32,000 bases of DNA from the NCBI GenBank assembly GCA_904418995.1, contig CAJFQF010000001.1, forward strand, positions 49,986 through 81,985, given 5' to 3'. The translations under genes were made by a program, and so were the position numbers. This stretch comes from Candidatus Heritagella intestinalis. Lineage in GTDB: Bacteria; Bacillota; Clostridia; Oscillospirales; Acutalibacteraceae. The notes beneath the pieces were generated by a model that saw only the letters and a program-made list of their open reading frames with translations, was not told where the DNA came from and made no database searches. Each line of letters begins with the position of its first letter. Position 1 is the first letter of the stretch. Of this stretch, positions 17,046 through 27,328 are shown piece by piece.

Positions 17046-17924
17046 GTGAAAAAAAGAAATAGATGGGTGGCTTTTCTGGCGGGGCTTTTGGCTCTCAACG
17101 TACTTCCCGCCTGCCAAGTTGGGAACCGTATGACCTCTTCTGCAGCAGGCTCGTCTTCCTCTGAGGCTGTATTGGAAGAAGAATCGGAACTAGAAGAACA
17201 AGAGGAGAACTCCGAGAGCCTCTCAGAAGAAACGCCGGAGCCTTCCGGCACAGAGGAACCGGAAATTGAAAACCGGGCGGCAGAAGCGCAGGAAGAAGAA
17301 ATCCCGGAAGAGCCAGACGGCTATGAAATCGAGGATTTCCCGATTCTCTGGCAGATGCCGGAACTGCCTACTGGCTGTGAGATTACTGCCTTGACCATGA
17401 CCCTGCAGTATTATGGATTTGACGTGGATAAAGTGACTATGGCGGAAGAGTACCTCCCCACGGTCCTGGCCAGGTTTTACTATGACAGCGAGGGTAATTT
17501 GTGCGGCCCGGATTTGAATCAGTATTTTGTAGGAGACCCCACCACGGAGATCGGTTATATCTGCGGCACCCCGGCCATTGTCACGGCAGCCAATCGTTTT
17601 CTCGAAAGCCAGGGAAGCTCCCTTCAGGCCGTGGACCTCACCGGGGCCGAGCCGGAGGAGCTCTATGACCTGGTGGAAGAGAATATTCCGGTGGTGGTGT
17701 GGATTACCATTTCTATGGCGCCCCGGAACGAGCTGCAGGGATGGTATCTGGACGACGGTTCTTATGTAGAGTACAGCACCAACGACCACGGGGCAGTGCT
17801 CATTGGCTATACAGAGGATACGGTTGTCATTGCGGACCCTCTGGCTGGCCGTATGGAGTACAGCCGGGAAGCCTTTGAAGAAGTGTTTGCTTCCCGGGGA
17901 AATCAGTGCGTGATTTTAGAGTAA
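17046..17924 (+). CDS. Peptidase C39-like (papain-fold) lipoprotein with an acidic linker
   Basis: GTG 17046 is preferred (GGGGGA 7 nt upstream); the alternative ATG 17031 has no spacing for an SD. Signal and lipobox-like sequence KKRNRWVAFLAGLLALNVLPAC, followed by an E/S-rich linker. Putative catalytic Cys in LPTGCEITAL and His in NDHGAVLIGY. Confidence 0.7.
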   Translation: MKKRNRWVAFLAGLLALNVLPACQVGNRMTSSAAGSSSSEAVLEEESELEEQEENSESLSEETPEPSGTEEPEIENRAAEAQEEEIPEEPDGYEIEDFPILWQMPELPTGCEITALTMTLQYYGFDVDKVTMAEEYLPTVLARFYYDSEGNLCGPDLNQYFVGDPTTEIGYICGTPAIVTAANRFLESQGSSLQAVDLTGAEPEELYDLVEENIPVVVWITISMAPRNELQGWYLDDGSYVEYSTNDHGAVLIGYTEDTVVIADPLAGRMEYSREAFEEVFASRGNQCVILE

Positions 17925-17959
17925 GCGCAGAAACAACATAAGCGGAAAGGGGAAATTTC

Positions 17960-18928
17960 ATGGAGACAAAGCCGGTGCGGGGGCGGTTTGCCCCCAGCCC
18001 CAGCGGACGGATGCATCTGGGGAATATTTTCTGCGCCCTCATGGCTTGGCTGCCGGTGCGGGCCGCTGGGGGCGAGATGGTTCTGCGCATTGAGGATTTG
18101 GACCCGGACCGCTCCCGGATGGCATATGCCGCCCAGATAGAGGACGACTTGACCTGGTTCGGCATGGATTGGGACGAAGGGGGCAGCAAAGGCGGGCCCC
18201 AGGGCCCCTATTACCAGAGCCAGCGCACCCAGCGGTATCGCTGCTATTTTGAGGAGCTTCGTGCAAAAGGCTTGGTCTATCCCTGCTACTGCACCCGTGG
18301 CGAGCTTCACGCAGCCCAGGCTCCTCACCGGGAGGATGGCGCGCCCATTTATTCGGGCCGGTGCCGCTCCCTAACGGAAGAAGAGCGGGCCCGGCTGGCC
18401 CAGAGCCGCCGCCCTGCTTACCGCCTGATGGTGCCCGACCGGGAAATCGCCTTTACCGATGGCTGTCAGGGGGAATTCCGGGAAAACCTTCTCCGGGATT
18501 GCGGGGATTTTATCATCCGGCGCTCTGACGGGGTGTTTGCTTATCAGCTGGCAGTGGTGGCCGATGATGGGGAAATGGGGATTACCCAGGTGGTGCGCGG
18601 ATGCGATTTGCTGGATTCCACGCCCCGGCAGCTCTATCTCTATGAACTGCTTGGTTATCCTGCCCCGGAATTTTTCCACATTCCCCTGCTCATGTCCCCT
18701 TCTGGAAAGCGCCTCTCCAAACGGGACAAGGCCCAGGACGTGGGATTCCTTCGGGCCAACCACCGGGGGCCGGAGGTGCTCTTGGGCCAAATGGGCCTTT
18801 GGGCCGGATTGCTGGATCGTCCGGAAGCAGTGACGGCCCGGGAGCTGGTGGCAGAGTTCCGGAAAAAGGGAATGAATTTTCAAGGAAAAGGGGAGCTCAC
18901 GGTGCTGGAAGATTTCCAATCTCATTGA
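17960..18928 (+). CDS. gluQ: tRNA glutamyl-Q(34) synthetase (GluQRS, truncated GluRS paralog)
   Basis: RFAPSPSGRMHLGN (HIGH-type motif) and RLSKRD (KMSKS-type motif). The 322-aa length lacks an anticodon-binding domain. Confidence 0.85.
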   Translation: METKPVRGRFAPSPSGRMHLGNIFCALMAWLPVRAAGGEMVLRIEDLDPDRSRMAYAAQIEDDLTWFGMDWDEGGSKGGPQGPYYQSQRTQRYRCYFEELRAKGLVYPCYCTRGELHAAQAPHREDGAPIYSGRCRSLTEEERARLAQSRRPAYRLMVPDREIAFTDGCQGEFRENLLRDCGDFIIRRSDGVFAYQLAVVADDGEMGITQVVRGCDLLDSTPRQLYLYELLGYPAPEFFHIPLLMSPSGKRLSKRDKAQDVGFLRANHRGPEVLLGQMGLWAGLLDRPEAVTARELVAEFRKKGMNFQGKGELTVLEDFQSH

Positions 18929-19002
18929 GCGACGCAGAGAGTGCCGCACAAATCAAATTTTCCACCAAAAAAGAAAAGCTGGTGGAAAACCCAACTCAAA
19001 TC

Positions 19003-19036
19003 AAGGCCCTCGGCAGAGATGCCGGGGGCCTTTTGC
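19003..19036. terminator. Terminator between convergent gluQ and the 122-aa gene
   Basis: AAGGCCCTCGGCA-GAGA-TGCCGGGGGCCTT followed by TTTGCCTTT. Confidence 0.6.
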
Positions 19037-19039
19037 CTT

Positions 19040-19408
19040 TCACGGGGCGGGGATGCGGTTGTCCTGTTTGGCTGCGGTTTCCATTTGGGCGGCAATATCC
19101 CTGCACATTTCCTTGATGCGGTCCGTATTTTCCAGGGAATCCCCATATTGGCGCCAGAAGGCCCGGGCAATCATCTGGGAGCCGTCATAGGATTCTCCGA
19201 TTTTCATCAATAGGTAAAGGAGCAGCACATAGAAGGAATTTTCCATTATAAAACGGAGGGCCTCGGCCTTCCGCAGGGGGCTGGCGTCATTGGTAAACAC
19301 ATCCAAAGGGGCCACGGCGTCTGAGCGGTGTTCAATCAGCTGCTGGGCCATTTGCCAGAATTCTTCCCAATGGGGAGGTTCCTGGCAGGGATTGCATTGT
19401 TTTTCCAT
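19040..19408 (-). CDS. Hypothetical protein (122 aa), no recognised family
   Basis: AAGGAG lies 7 nt upstream of the ATG, and TGcTATACT (extended -10) lies about 40 nt upstream. Sequence MEKQCNPCQEPPHWEEFWQMAQQLIEH... Confidence 0.6.
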   Translation of the reverse strand: MEKQCNPCQEPPHWEEFWQMAQQLIEHRSDAVAPLDVFTNDASPLRKAEALRFIMENSFYVLLLYLLMKIGESYDGSQMIARAFWRQYGDSLENTDRIKEMCRDIAAQMETAAKQDNRIPAP

Positions 19409-19835
19409 GGGTTTTGTCTCCTTTTTAGACTCTGTAGGGATACTTCAGTATAGCATGCCTCAGAGGAGTAGATGGCTACCAATGGGTGTCCGTTTTTATC
19501 TTTATTTTATTCTCCCAAACAGCTTTTTTCTCAATCGCCTAGTCGGAGGGCATTTTTGCCTGCAGGCGCCTTGGGATAGCGTTGGCTTTATCTCTTGTCG
19601 ATTCTTTAAGAATATGCGAAATAACATCGAAAAGGCAGTCCATCACCAGGGCGGGCGGACAGGGTCCGCACCCAACCCGCGGGAAAGCCGGGCGTGAAAA
19701 ACAGCCCATTTTCTCGCGGAGGTAGCTGAGAGCGAAAAACAAGTTTCCTATTGATGTATCCACACTCCGCGTGGAACCGGTTCGTTGTCAGCACTCAACC
19801 GTAAACGCGGATTGCCAGCGGAGGCTGCTCCGCCG

Positions 19836-19934
19836 ATGTATGTAACCTATTCAGATCTATTTCAGTTCTGCTTAGTGTTAATCGGTTTAGCTGGTTTGTT
19901 TATCGCAGCCGCTTCCAACATAAAAAAGAAATAG
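19836..19934 (+). CDS. Unlisted 32-codon hydrophobic peptide, candidate type I toxin / holin-like toxin
   Basis: My own translation: MYVTYSDLFQFCLVLIGLAGLFIAAASNIKKK, then TAG. It has one TM-length hydrophobic core and a lysine tail. GGAGG (19820-19824) lies 11 nt upstream and is buried in the hairpin GCGGAG-GCTG-CTCCGC (19818-19833). The stop is embedded in a strong terminator stem. Confidence 0.5.
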   Translation: MYVTYSDLFQFCLVLIGLAGLFIAAASNIKKK

Positions 19935-20013
19935 CCGCCCGTACCCTGACAAGTCGGCGGCTATTTCTTAGTCAATAACTGAAGGGGCAAACCGTTGATG
20001 GTCTGCCTTTTCC
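19922..20013 (-). ncRNA. Hypothetical about 90-nt antisense sRNA overlapping the 3' end of the mini-ORF (candidate antitoxin RNA)
   Basis: The minus strand carries TTGACA (plus 20044-20049) - 17 nt - TATCCT (plus 20021-20026), pointing at the bidirectional terminator. No ORF is present. This is inferred purely from promoter/terminator geometry. Confidence 0.25.
19926..19969. terminator. Bidirectional terminator at the 3' end of the mini-ORF
   Basis: Stem AAGAAATAGCCGCC / GGCGGCTATTTCTT (up to 14 bp) with a 16-nt loop. There is a T-rich tail on the plus strand (TTTCTTA, part of the stem) and a better one on the minus strand (TTTCTTTTTTA). Confidence 0.6.
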
Positions 20014-20206
20014 TATATTTAGGATAGCATTTTTTCAGGGGAATGTCAACTTTGGAGGGTAGGAAATCGGCTTTATTTAGTTATTGGAGAATACCTGTAT
20101 TGCCTGGCATCATGATAATCTATGCGTACAGATAATTGCGATGTTAGTTTAGATTGCCTGATGGGATTGACTTGAGAGAAATGGAGGTTCCGCCTGCGCT
20201 TTTTGG

Positions 20207-20234
20207 TTGCAATTCCCCGGGGGCATGTTATAAT
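20207..20234 (+). promoter_or_regulatory. Sigma-70-like promoter for metG
   Basis: TTGCAA - 16 nt - TGtTATAAT (extended -10). The leader is about 80 nt and has no T-box sequence. Confidence 0.55.
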
Positions 20235-20318
20235 AGAAACGTATCGCTGAAAAAGTATCTTTCATGGAAAATACATCTCCGGCTCCGGCCCGGAGAAATC
20301 AACTTGGAGGGAACACCC

Positions 20319-22283
<1,965 letters not shown>

Positions 22284-22291
22284 AAGAGAAA

Positions 22292-22335
22292 ACAGCCGTC
22301 GTCAGTTATGGCGGCGGCTGTTTTTGTTTTTGTTT
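22292..22335 (+). terminator. Rho-independent terminator after metG
   Basis: ACAGCCGTCG-loop-CGGCGGCTGT followed by TTTTTGTTTTTGTTT. Confidence 0.7.
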
Positions 22336-22384
22336 CAGTATGAAAATAGAAATTGCTCCCAATCAATTCAAAGGAGGTATCTTT

Positions 22385-23812
22385 ATGCCACGAGACAACA
22401 TCCTGCTCATCACCACCGACCAGCAGCGGTTTGATACCATCAACGCCCTGGGCAACCGGAGCATCTTCACCCCCCATCTGAACTATTTGGCGGAATCCGG
22501 CATCGCCTTTACCCGGTGCTATGCCGACTGCCCCATCTGCGTGCCCAGCCGTACCACCATTATGACCGGCCAGCGGGGCTTTGAAAGCGGCGTGGTTTCC
22601 AACGTGACCCACGAAGCGGTGATGACTGCCGCCACAGAGGCCCGTACCACGTTACCGGCTATTCTGACCGATGCAGGCTATCAGACCAAAGCTATGGGAA
22701 AAATGCATTTTGAGCCGGCCCGGGCCCACTATGGCTTTGAGGAAATGACTCTGCCCCTGGATTATATGCGCCAGTATGACCACCGCCCCGGCGGCGCCCG
22801 CCCCAAACTTCACGGAGGCGAGTGCGAGGTGGAGCCGGTGATTTCCTCGGTGGATGTAAAGGACAGCATGACCCAGTGGATTACCGATGGAGCTGTGGAC
22901 TTTTTGGAAACCCGTGACCCCAAGCGCCCCTTCTTCCTGTGGACCAGCTATACCAAGCCCCACCCGCCTTTTGACCCCTGCCGGGATTTCTGGGAGCTCT
23001 ATGATAAGATTCCCATGCCCGAGGCTGTCCATGGAGATTGGAGCCGGACACTGGAAGAGGTTCCCCAGGGCTTTATGGAAGGCTGCTACGAGAACACGAA
23101 TATGCATTTCTTTGGGCCGGAGCAGGTTGCCGCTGTCCGCCGGGCTTATTACGCCATGATTACCCAGGTAGACTACTCTCTGGGCCGGCTGTTTGGCTGC
23201 CTGCGGGAAAACGGCCTGTTCCAGAATACCTGGATTATTTTCACGGCCGACCACGGTGAAATGTTAGGCGACCACTTTATGAGCCAGAAAAACCTGTTCT
23301 TTGAGGGTTCCGCTCATGTGCCTCTGATTATTGTGCCGCCCCAGGGCCGCTTTGCCAACACCAACCGGAAGGTGGATGTCACTGCCGAAATTGCCGACCT
23401 ATATCCCACTATTCTCTCCATGGCTGGGGTGCCAGTGCCGGCCCACGCCAAGGGGAAGAATCTGCTGAAGGAGACCGGTGAACGAGTGTTTTTTGGCAAT
23501 AGCTTGAACAATCATTTCTGTGTCATGGAAAATCGGGTAAAGCTGGTGTATTGTGCCACCGGAAACCACACCCTGCTCTTTGATTTGAACCACGACCCCA
23601 TGGAGCGTCATGATTTGTCTAACGACCCGGCCTGGGCTGCGGAGAAAGAGCGCCTGTGGAAGCTGCTGCTGGACCACACGGCGGAATATACCCCGGAAGC
23701 CTTACAAGATGGGCAGTTTATCACCCGGGAAGCGCCTTCCTGCGCTGCCGACGTGAAAAATCATTGGTTCGGGTTCCATTATCACGACTATTCGGTGGAT
23801 ACCTTCCACTAA
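22385..23812 (+). CDS. Sulfatase (arylsulfatase family, Cys-type formylglycine motif)
   Basis: ILLITTDQQRFD metal site and CVPSRTTIMTG (C-x-P-x-R). No signal peptide. Start trimmed to ATG 22385, with AAAGGAGG upstream. Confidence 0.85.
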   Translation: MPRDNILLITTDQQRFDTINALGNRSIFTPHLNYLAESGIAFTRCYADCPICVPSRTTIMTGQRGFESGVVSNVTHEAVMTAATEARTTLPAILTDAGYQTKAMGKMHFEPARAHYGFEEMTLPLDYMRQYDHRPGGARPKLHGGECEVEPVISSVDVKDSMTQWITDGAVDFLETRDPKRPFFLWTSYTKPHPPFDPCRDFWELYDKIPMPEAVHGDWSRTLEEVPQGFMEGCYENTNMHFFGPEQVAAVRRAYYAMITQVDYSLGRLFGCLRENGLFQNTWIIFTADHGEMLGDHFMSQKNLFFEGSAHVPLIIVPPQGRFANTNRKVDVTAEIADLYPTILSMAGVPVPAHAKGKNLLKETGERVFFGNSLNNHFCVMENRVKLVYCATGNHTLLFDLNHDPMERHDLSNDPAWAAEKERLWKLLLDHTAEYTPEALQDGQFITREAPSCAADVKNHWFGFHYHDYSVDTFH

Positions 23813-23831
23813 GAGCTGGGAGGAAGAAAAT

Positions 23832-24623
23832 ATGGCAAGCAAAGCAGTATTGATTCTCATTGACGGAATGCGTCCGGACGGGGTGCAGCGGTGCGGGGAG
23901 GCGTTTCCCAAAGAGCTGGTCCGGGAGGGAAGCGTTTGCTTTCAGGGCCGCACGGTAATGCCCTCTATTACCCTGCCATGCCATGCTTCCCTGTTTTTCA
24001 GCGTGGACCCGGAGCGTCACGGCATTCTCACCAACGAGTGGCGTCCCATGGCCCGGCCCATTGACAGCCTGGGGGATGTGACGGCCCGGTATTTCAAGCG
24101 CGCCGCCATGTTTTACAACTGGGAGCCCCTGCGGGATTTAAACCGGCCGGGGAGCCTCTGCTACAGCCATTTTCAGACCCTGGACCTGCCCTGGGAAAAG
24201 ATTTTGGAAAGTGAGCGGAACATGACCCGACTGGCGGTGGACTATCTGCAAAAAGAGGAACCGGATTTTCTCTTCCTGTATCTGGGCGGCGTGGACAACA
24301 CCGGCCACCAGTTTGGCTGGATGACGGACAAGTACCTGAGGGCCCTGGCCAACGCCTGGCAGTGCGTCAAGCAGGTAAAGGAATCCCTGCCCCAGGGGTA
24401 TCACTTGGTTGTCACCGCTGACCACGGCGGCCATGACCGCGACCACGGTCTGGACATTCCCGAGGACATGACCATCCCGCTGTTTTTCTGGGGACCTGCT
24501 TTCGCTCCGGGAAAGGAGCTGGAGAATGTGAGCATCAAGGATATCGCCCCCACTATCGCATATCTGATGGGAATGCGATGTCCGCCCCAATGGGAAGGCC
24601 GAAACGTACTGCAAGACCAATGA
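23832..24623 (+). CDS. Alkaline phosphatase superfamily protein (type I phosphodiesterase / nucleotide pyrophosphatase-like, 263 aa)
   Basis: VLILIDGMRPD, the SITLPCH (Thr nucleophile) region, DNTGHQFG and TADHGGHD metal ligands. Confidence 0.75.
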   Translation: MASKAVLILIDGMRPDGVQRCGEAFPKELVREGSVCFQGRTVMPSITLPCHASLFFSVDPERHGILTNEWRPMARPIDSLGDVTARYFKRAAMFYNWEPLRDLNRPGSLCYSHFQTLDLPWEKILESERNMTRLAVDYLQKEEPDFLFLYLGGVDNTGHQFGWMTDKYLRALANAWQCVKQVKESLPQGYHLVVTADHGGHDRDHGLDIPEDMTIPLFFWGPAFAPGKELENVSIKDIAPTIAYLMGMRCPPQWEGRNVLQDQ

Positions 24624-24635
24624 CCCATAAAAAAT

Positions 24636-24681
24636 AAAAATTCCGCTGACTGGCAGTTTGCTCCGGTCAGCGGAATTTTTT
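24636..24681. terminator. Bidirectional terminator between the AP-family gene and trpA
   Basis: AAAAATTCCGCTGAC-loop-GTCAGCGGAATTTTTT, with an A-run before and a T-run after. Confidence 0.75.
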
Positions 24682-24705
24682 ATGATATGGATTGCCGAAT
24701 CCTGA

Positions 24706-25476
24706 TTAAGAAATCGCTTCCTTCATGGACTTCACGTATTCCCCGATATAGGGCGGGGCCTGGGTGCCGTATTTCTCCAGAATCTTGATAATGGCGGAAC
24801 CCACAATCACGCCGTCAGAGAGGCCGGCCATCTGCCGGGCCTGCTCCGGGGTGGAGATGCCAAAGCCAATGGCGCAGGGAATCTGGGTGTTCTGCCGCAC
24901 CACCTCCACAATGGAAGCCAGGTCGGTGCGGATTTCCTCCCGGGTGCCGGTGACCCCCAGGCTGGAAACAATGTAGAGGAAGCCCTCGGCCTCCCGGGCA
25001 ATCATGGCAACACGGTTGTGAGAAGTGGGGGCAATGAGGGAGATCAGGTCTATGCCGTATTGACGGCACTGGGGCAGGAATTCCTCTTTTTCCTCATAGG
25101 GGACGTCCGGCAGAATGAGCCCGTCTATGCCGATGTCCCGGCAGGTGGAGAGAAAGCGCTCTGCGCCGTAGGAGAAGACCACGTTGGCATAGGTCATAAA
25201 CACCAGGGGGATGGTCACATCCCGGCGCAGCTCCCGCACCAGGTCGAAGATTTTGTCGGTGGTCACGCCGCCCTGCAGAGCCCGGATGTTGGCCCCCTGA
25301 ATGACCGGCCCTTCGGCAGTGGGGTCGGAGAAGGGAATCCCCAGCTCAATCAGGTCGGCGCCGTTGGCCGCAGCGGCCCGGACGGCAGCGGCGGTGGTTT
25401 CCAAATCGGGGTCGCCGCAGGTGATGAAGGCGATAAAGGCCTTTCCGTTTTCAAATGCACGGCAAATGTTACTCAT
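24706..25476 (-). CDS. trpA: Tryptophan synthase alpha chain
   Basis: [24 protein letters not shown]...[19 protein letters not shown]. The ATG at 25476 overlaps the trpB 3' end by 8 nt. Confidence 0.92.
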   Translation of the reverse strand: MSNICRAFENGKAFIAFITCGDPDLETTAAAVRAAAANGADLIELGIPFSDPTAEGPVIQGANIRALQGGVTTDKIFDLVRELRRDVTIPLVFMTYANVVFSYGAERFLSTCRDIGIDGLILPDVPYEEKEEFLPQCRQYGIDLISLIAPTSHNRVAMIAREAEGFLYIVSSLGVTGTREEIRTDLASIVEVVRQNTQIPCAIGFGISTPEQARQMAGLSDGVIVGSAIIKILEKYGTQAPPYIGEYVKSMKEAIS

Positions 25477-26659
25477 GGAGATCCTCCCCTCTGTAGCGGG
25501 CAATGGCGGCACAGTCCTTGTCTCCCCGGCCGGAGAGCGTGATGACGATAATTTGCTCTTTGTCCATAGCGGGCGCAATTTTCATGGCGTGGGCCACTGC
25601 ATGGGCCGATTCAATGGCCGGGATAATGCCCTCCGTGCGGGCCAGATATTCAAAGGCGTTGACCGCTTCGTCGTCGGTGACAGGCACATACTCCGCACGG
25701 CCCATGTCGTGGAGCTGGGCGTGCTCCGGGCCCACACCGGGATAATCCAGTCCGGCGGAAATGGAGTATACCGGGGCAATCTGGCCGTATTGGTCCTGAC
25801 AGAAATAGGACTTCATGCCGTGGAAAATGCCCACCCGGCCGGTGTTAACCGTGGCGGCGGTTTCAAAGGTGTCGATGCCCCGTCCGGCGGCCTCACAGCC
25901 GATCAGCCGGACGCCCGGGTCGTTGATAAAGTGGTAGAAGCTGCCGATGGCGTTGGAGCCGCCGCCCACGCAGGCCACCACCGCATCGGGAAGCCGGCCC
26001 TCTTTTTCCAGCATCTGCTCTTTGATTTCCCTGGAAATCACCGCCTGGAAGTCCCGGACAATGGTGGGGAAGGGATGAGGGCCCATGACGGAGCCCAGGC
26101 AGTAGTGGGTGTCGTCAATGCGGGAAGTCCATTCCCGCATGGCTTCGGAAACCGCGTCCTTTAACGTGGCGGTTCCGGTGGTTACAGGCACCACTTCAGC
26201 CCCCAGCAGCCGCATCCGATAGACGTTAAGGGCCTGCCGCTGGGTGTCCTCTTTGCCCATAAAGACCACGCACTCCATGCCCATGAGAGCGGCGGCGGTG
26301 GCGGTGGCCACGCCGTGCTGTCCGGCGCCGGTTTCGGCAATGAGGCGGGTTTTGCCCATCTTCTTGGCCAGAAGGGCCTGGCCCAGCACATTGTTGATTT
26401 TGTGGGCGCCGGTGTGGTTCAAATCTTCCCGCTTGAGATAGATTTTTGCGCCGCCCAGGTCGGCGGTCATTTTGGCGGCATAATAGAGCCGGGAGGGCCG
26501 GCCGGCGTATTCGTTGAGGAGCTCTTCCAGCTCCCGGTTGAATTCCGGGTCGTCTTTATAGTGGTTATAGGCTTGCTCCAATTCGATAACGGCGTTCATC
26601 AGCGTTTCGGGGATATACTGCCCCCCGTAAATGCCGAAGCGCCCATTTGGGTTGGTCAT
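25469..26659 (-). CDS. trpB: Tryptophan synthase beta chain
   Basis: [16 protein letters not shown], a PLP lysine context [11 protein letters not shown], and GGGSNAIG. Start set to ATG 26659, with AAGGAAG 6 nt upstream; the tracked start is a TTG further upstream. Confidence 0.92.
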   Translation of the reverse strand: MTNPNGRFGIYGGQYIPETLMNAVIELEQAYNHYKDDPEFNRELEELLNEYAGRPSRLYYAAKMTADLGGAKIYLKREDLNHTGAHKINNVLGQALLAKKMGKTRLIAETGAGQHGVATATAAALMGMECVVFMGKEDTQRQALNVYRMRLLGAEVVPVTTGTATLKDAVSEAMREWTSRIDDTHYCLGSVMGPHPFPTIVRDFQAVISREIKEQMLEKEGRLPDAVVACVGGGSNAIGSFYHFINDPGVRLIGCEAAGRGIDTFETAATVNTGRVGIFHGMKSYFCQDQYGQIAPVYSISAGLDYPGVGPEHAQLHDMGRAEYVPVTDDEAVNAFEYLARTEGIIPAIESAHAVAHAMKIAPAMDKEQIIVITLSGRGDKDCAAIARYRGEDLHE

Positions 26660-26698
26660 GGGAATCTTCCTTTCCAAATTAGGATCTTTTTTATTGTA

Positions 26699-27328
26699 TC
26701 ACAATGGCGGCTTTCGGGAAAGCTTCCGCACCGCCTCCACCGCCCGGACGAAGGCTTCCATTTTGGCGGGGTCTTTTTGGCCTTGGGTCTCAATGCCGGA
26801 GCTCACGTCCACCCCATAGGGATCCAGCCGCTCCAGGGCAGTAATGACGGTTTCCGCATCCAAACCGCCGGCCAAAAAATAGGGGCGGGAGATGGCTTCC
26901 AGCAAACGCCAGTCAAAGGCGGCGCCTGTGCCCCCGGGGCCGGAATCCAACAGAATCAAATCCGCCGGGCTTTCCTGGGCCAGGGCGGCGTCTTGGGGTG
27001 TGTGGAGGGAAAAGGCCTTGATTACCGGCCTGCCTGCGGCCTTTTGAAGGAACCGGATTTCTTTCTCCCCCTCCCTTCCGTGGAGCTGGGGAATATCGAT
27101 GACCCCCTGTTCCAGCAGGGAAAGGATGGTTTCCGGGTTCTCATCCACAAAGACCCCCACCGCCTGAATGGAGGGGTCCAGCTGCTGTTTCAGCTCCGCC
27201 GCCTGCTTTGGAGAAACATACCGCCGGCTTTTGGGGGCAAAGACAAAGCCCACATAGTCCGGGTGCAGCCGGTTGGCGGCGTCGATGTCCTGGGGCCGGG
27301 AGAGGCCGCAGAGCTTGATGCAAATCAT
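26699..27328 (-). CDS. trpF: Phosphoribosylanthranilate isomerase
   Basis: IKLCGLSRPQDIDAANRLHPDYVGFVF... and LHG are typical of TrpF. ATGA overlap with the trpC stop. Confidence 0.88.
   Translation of the reverse strand: MICIKLCGLSRPQDIDAANRLHPDYVGFVFAPKSRRYVSPKQAAELKQQLDPSIQAVGVFVDENPETILSLLEQGVIDIPQLHGREGEKEIRFLQKAAGRPVIKAFSLHTPQDAALAQESPADLILLDSGPGGTGAAFDWRLLEAISRPYFLAGGLDAETVITALERLDPYGVDVSSGIETQGQKDPAKMEAFVRAVEAVRKLSRKPPL

Noticed and set aside
19290-19763. Tracked ORFs 19290..19697 (+) and 19539..19763 (-) in the non-coding island
   Set aside because: The first overlaps the 5' end of the real 122-aa gene in antisense. Neither has a properly spaced SD or a recognisable motif. The region is treated as non-coding or structured RNA.
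20154-20318. 55-codon N-terminal extension of the tracked metG ORF
   Set aside because: The promoter (20207-20234) lies inside it. The internal ATG 20319 has GGAGGG at proper spacing and begins the conserved MDKKTFYITTPIYY sequence.
19970-20318. Possible T-box or other riboswitch upstream of metG
   Set aside because: No GGUGGNACCGCG-type T-box sequence and no terminator/antiterminator pair is present. The promoter lies only about 80 nt from the start codon, and the leader has just one short hairpin.
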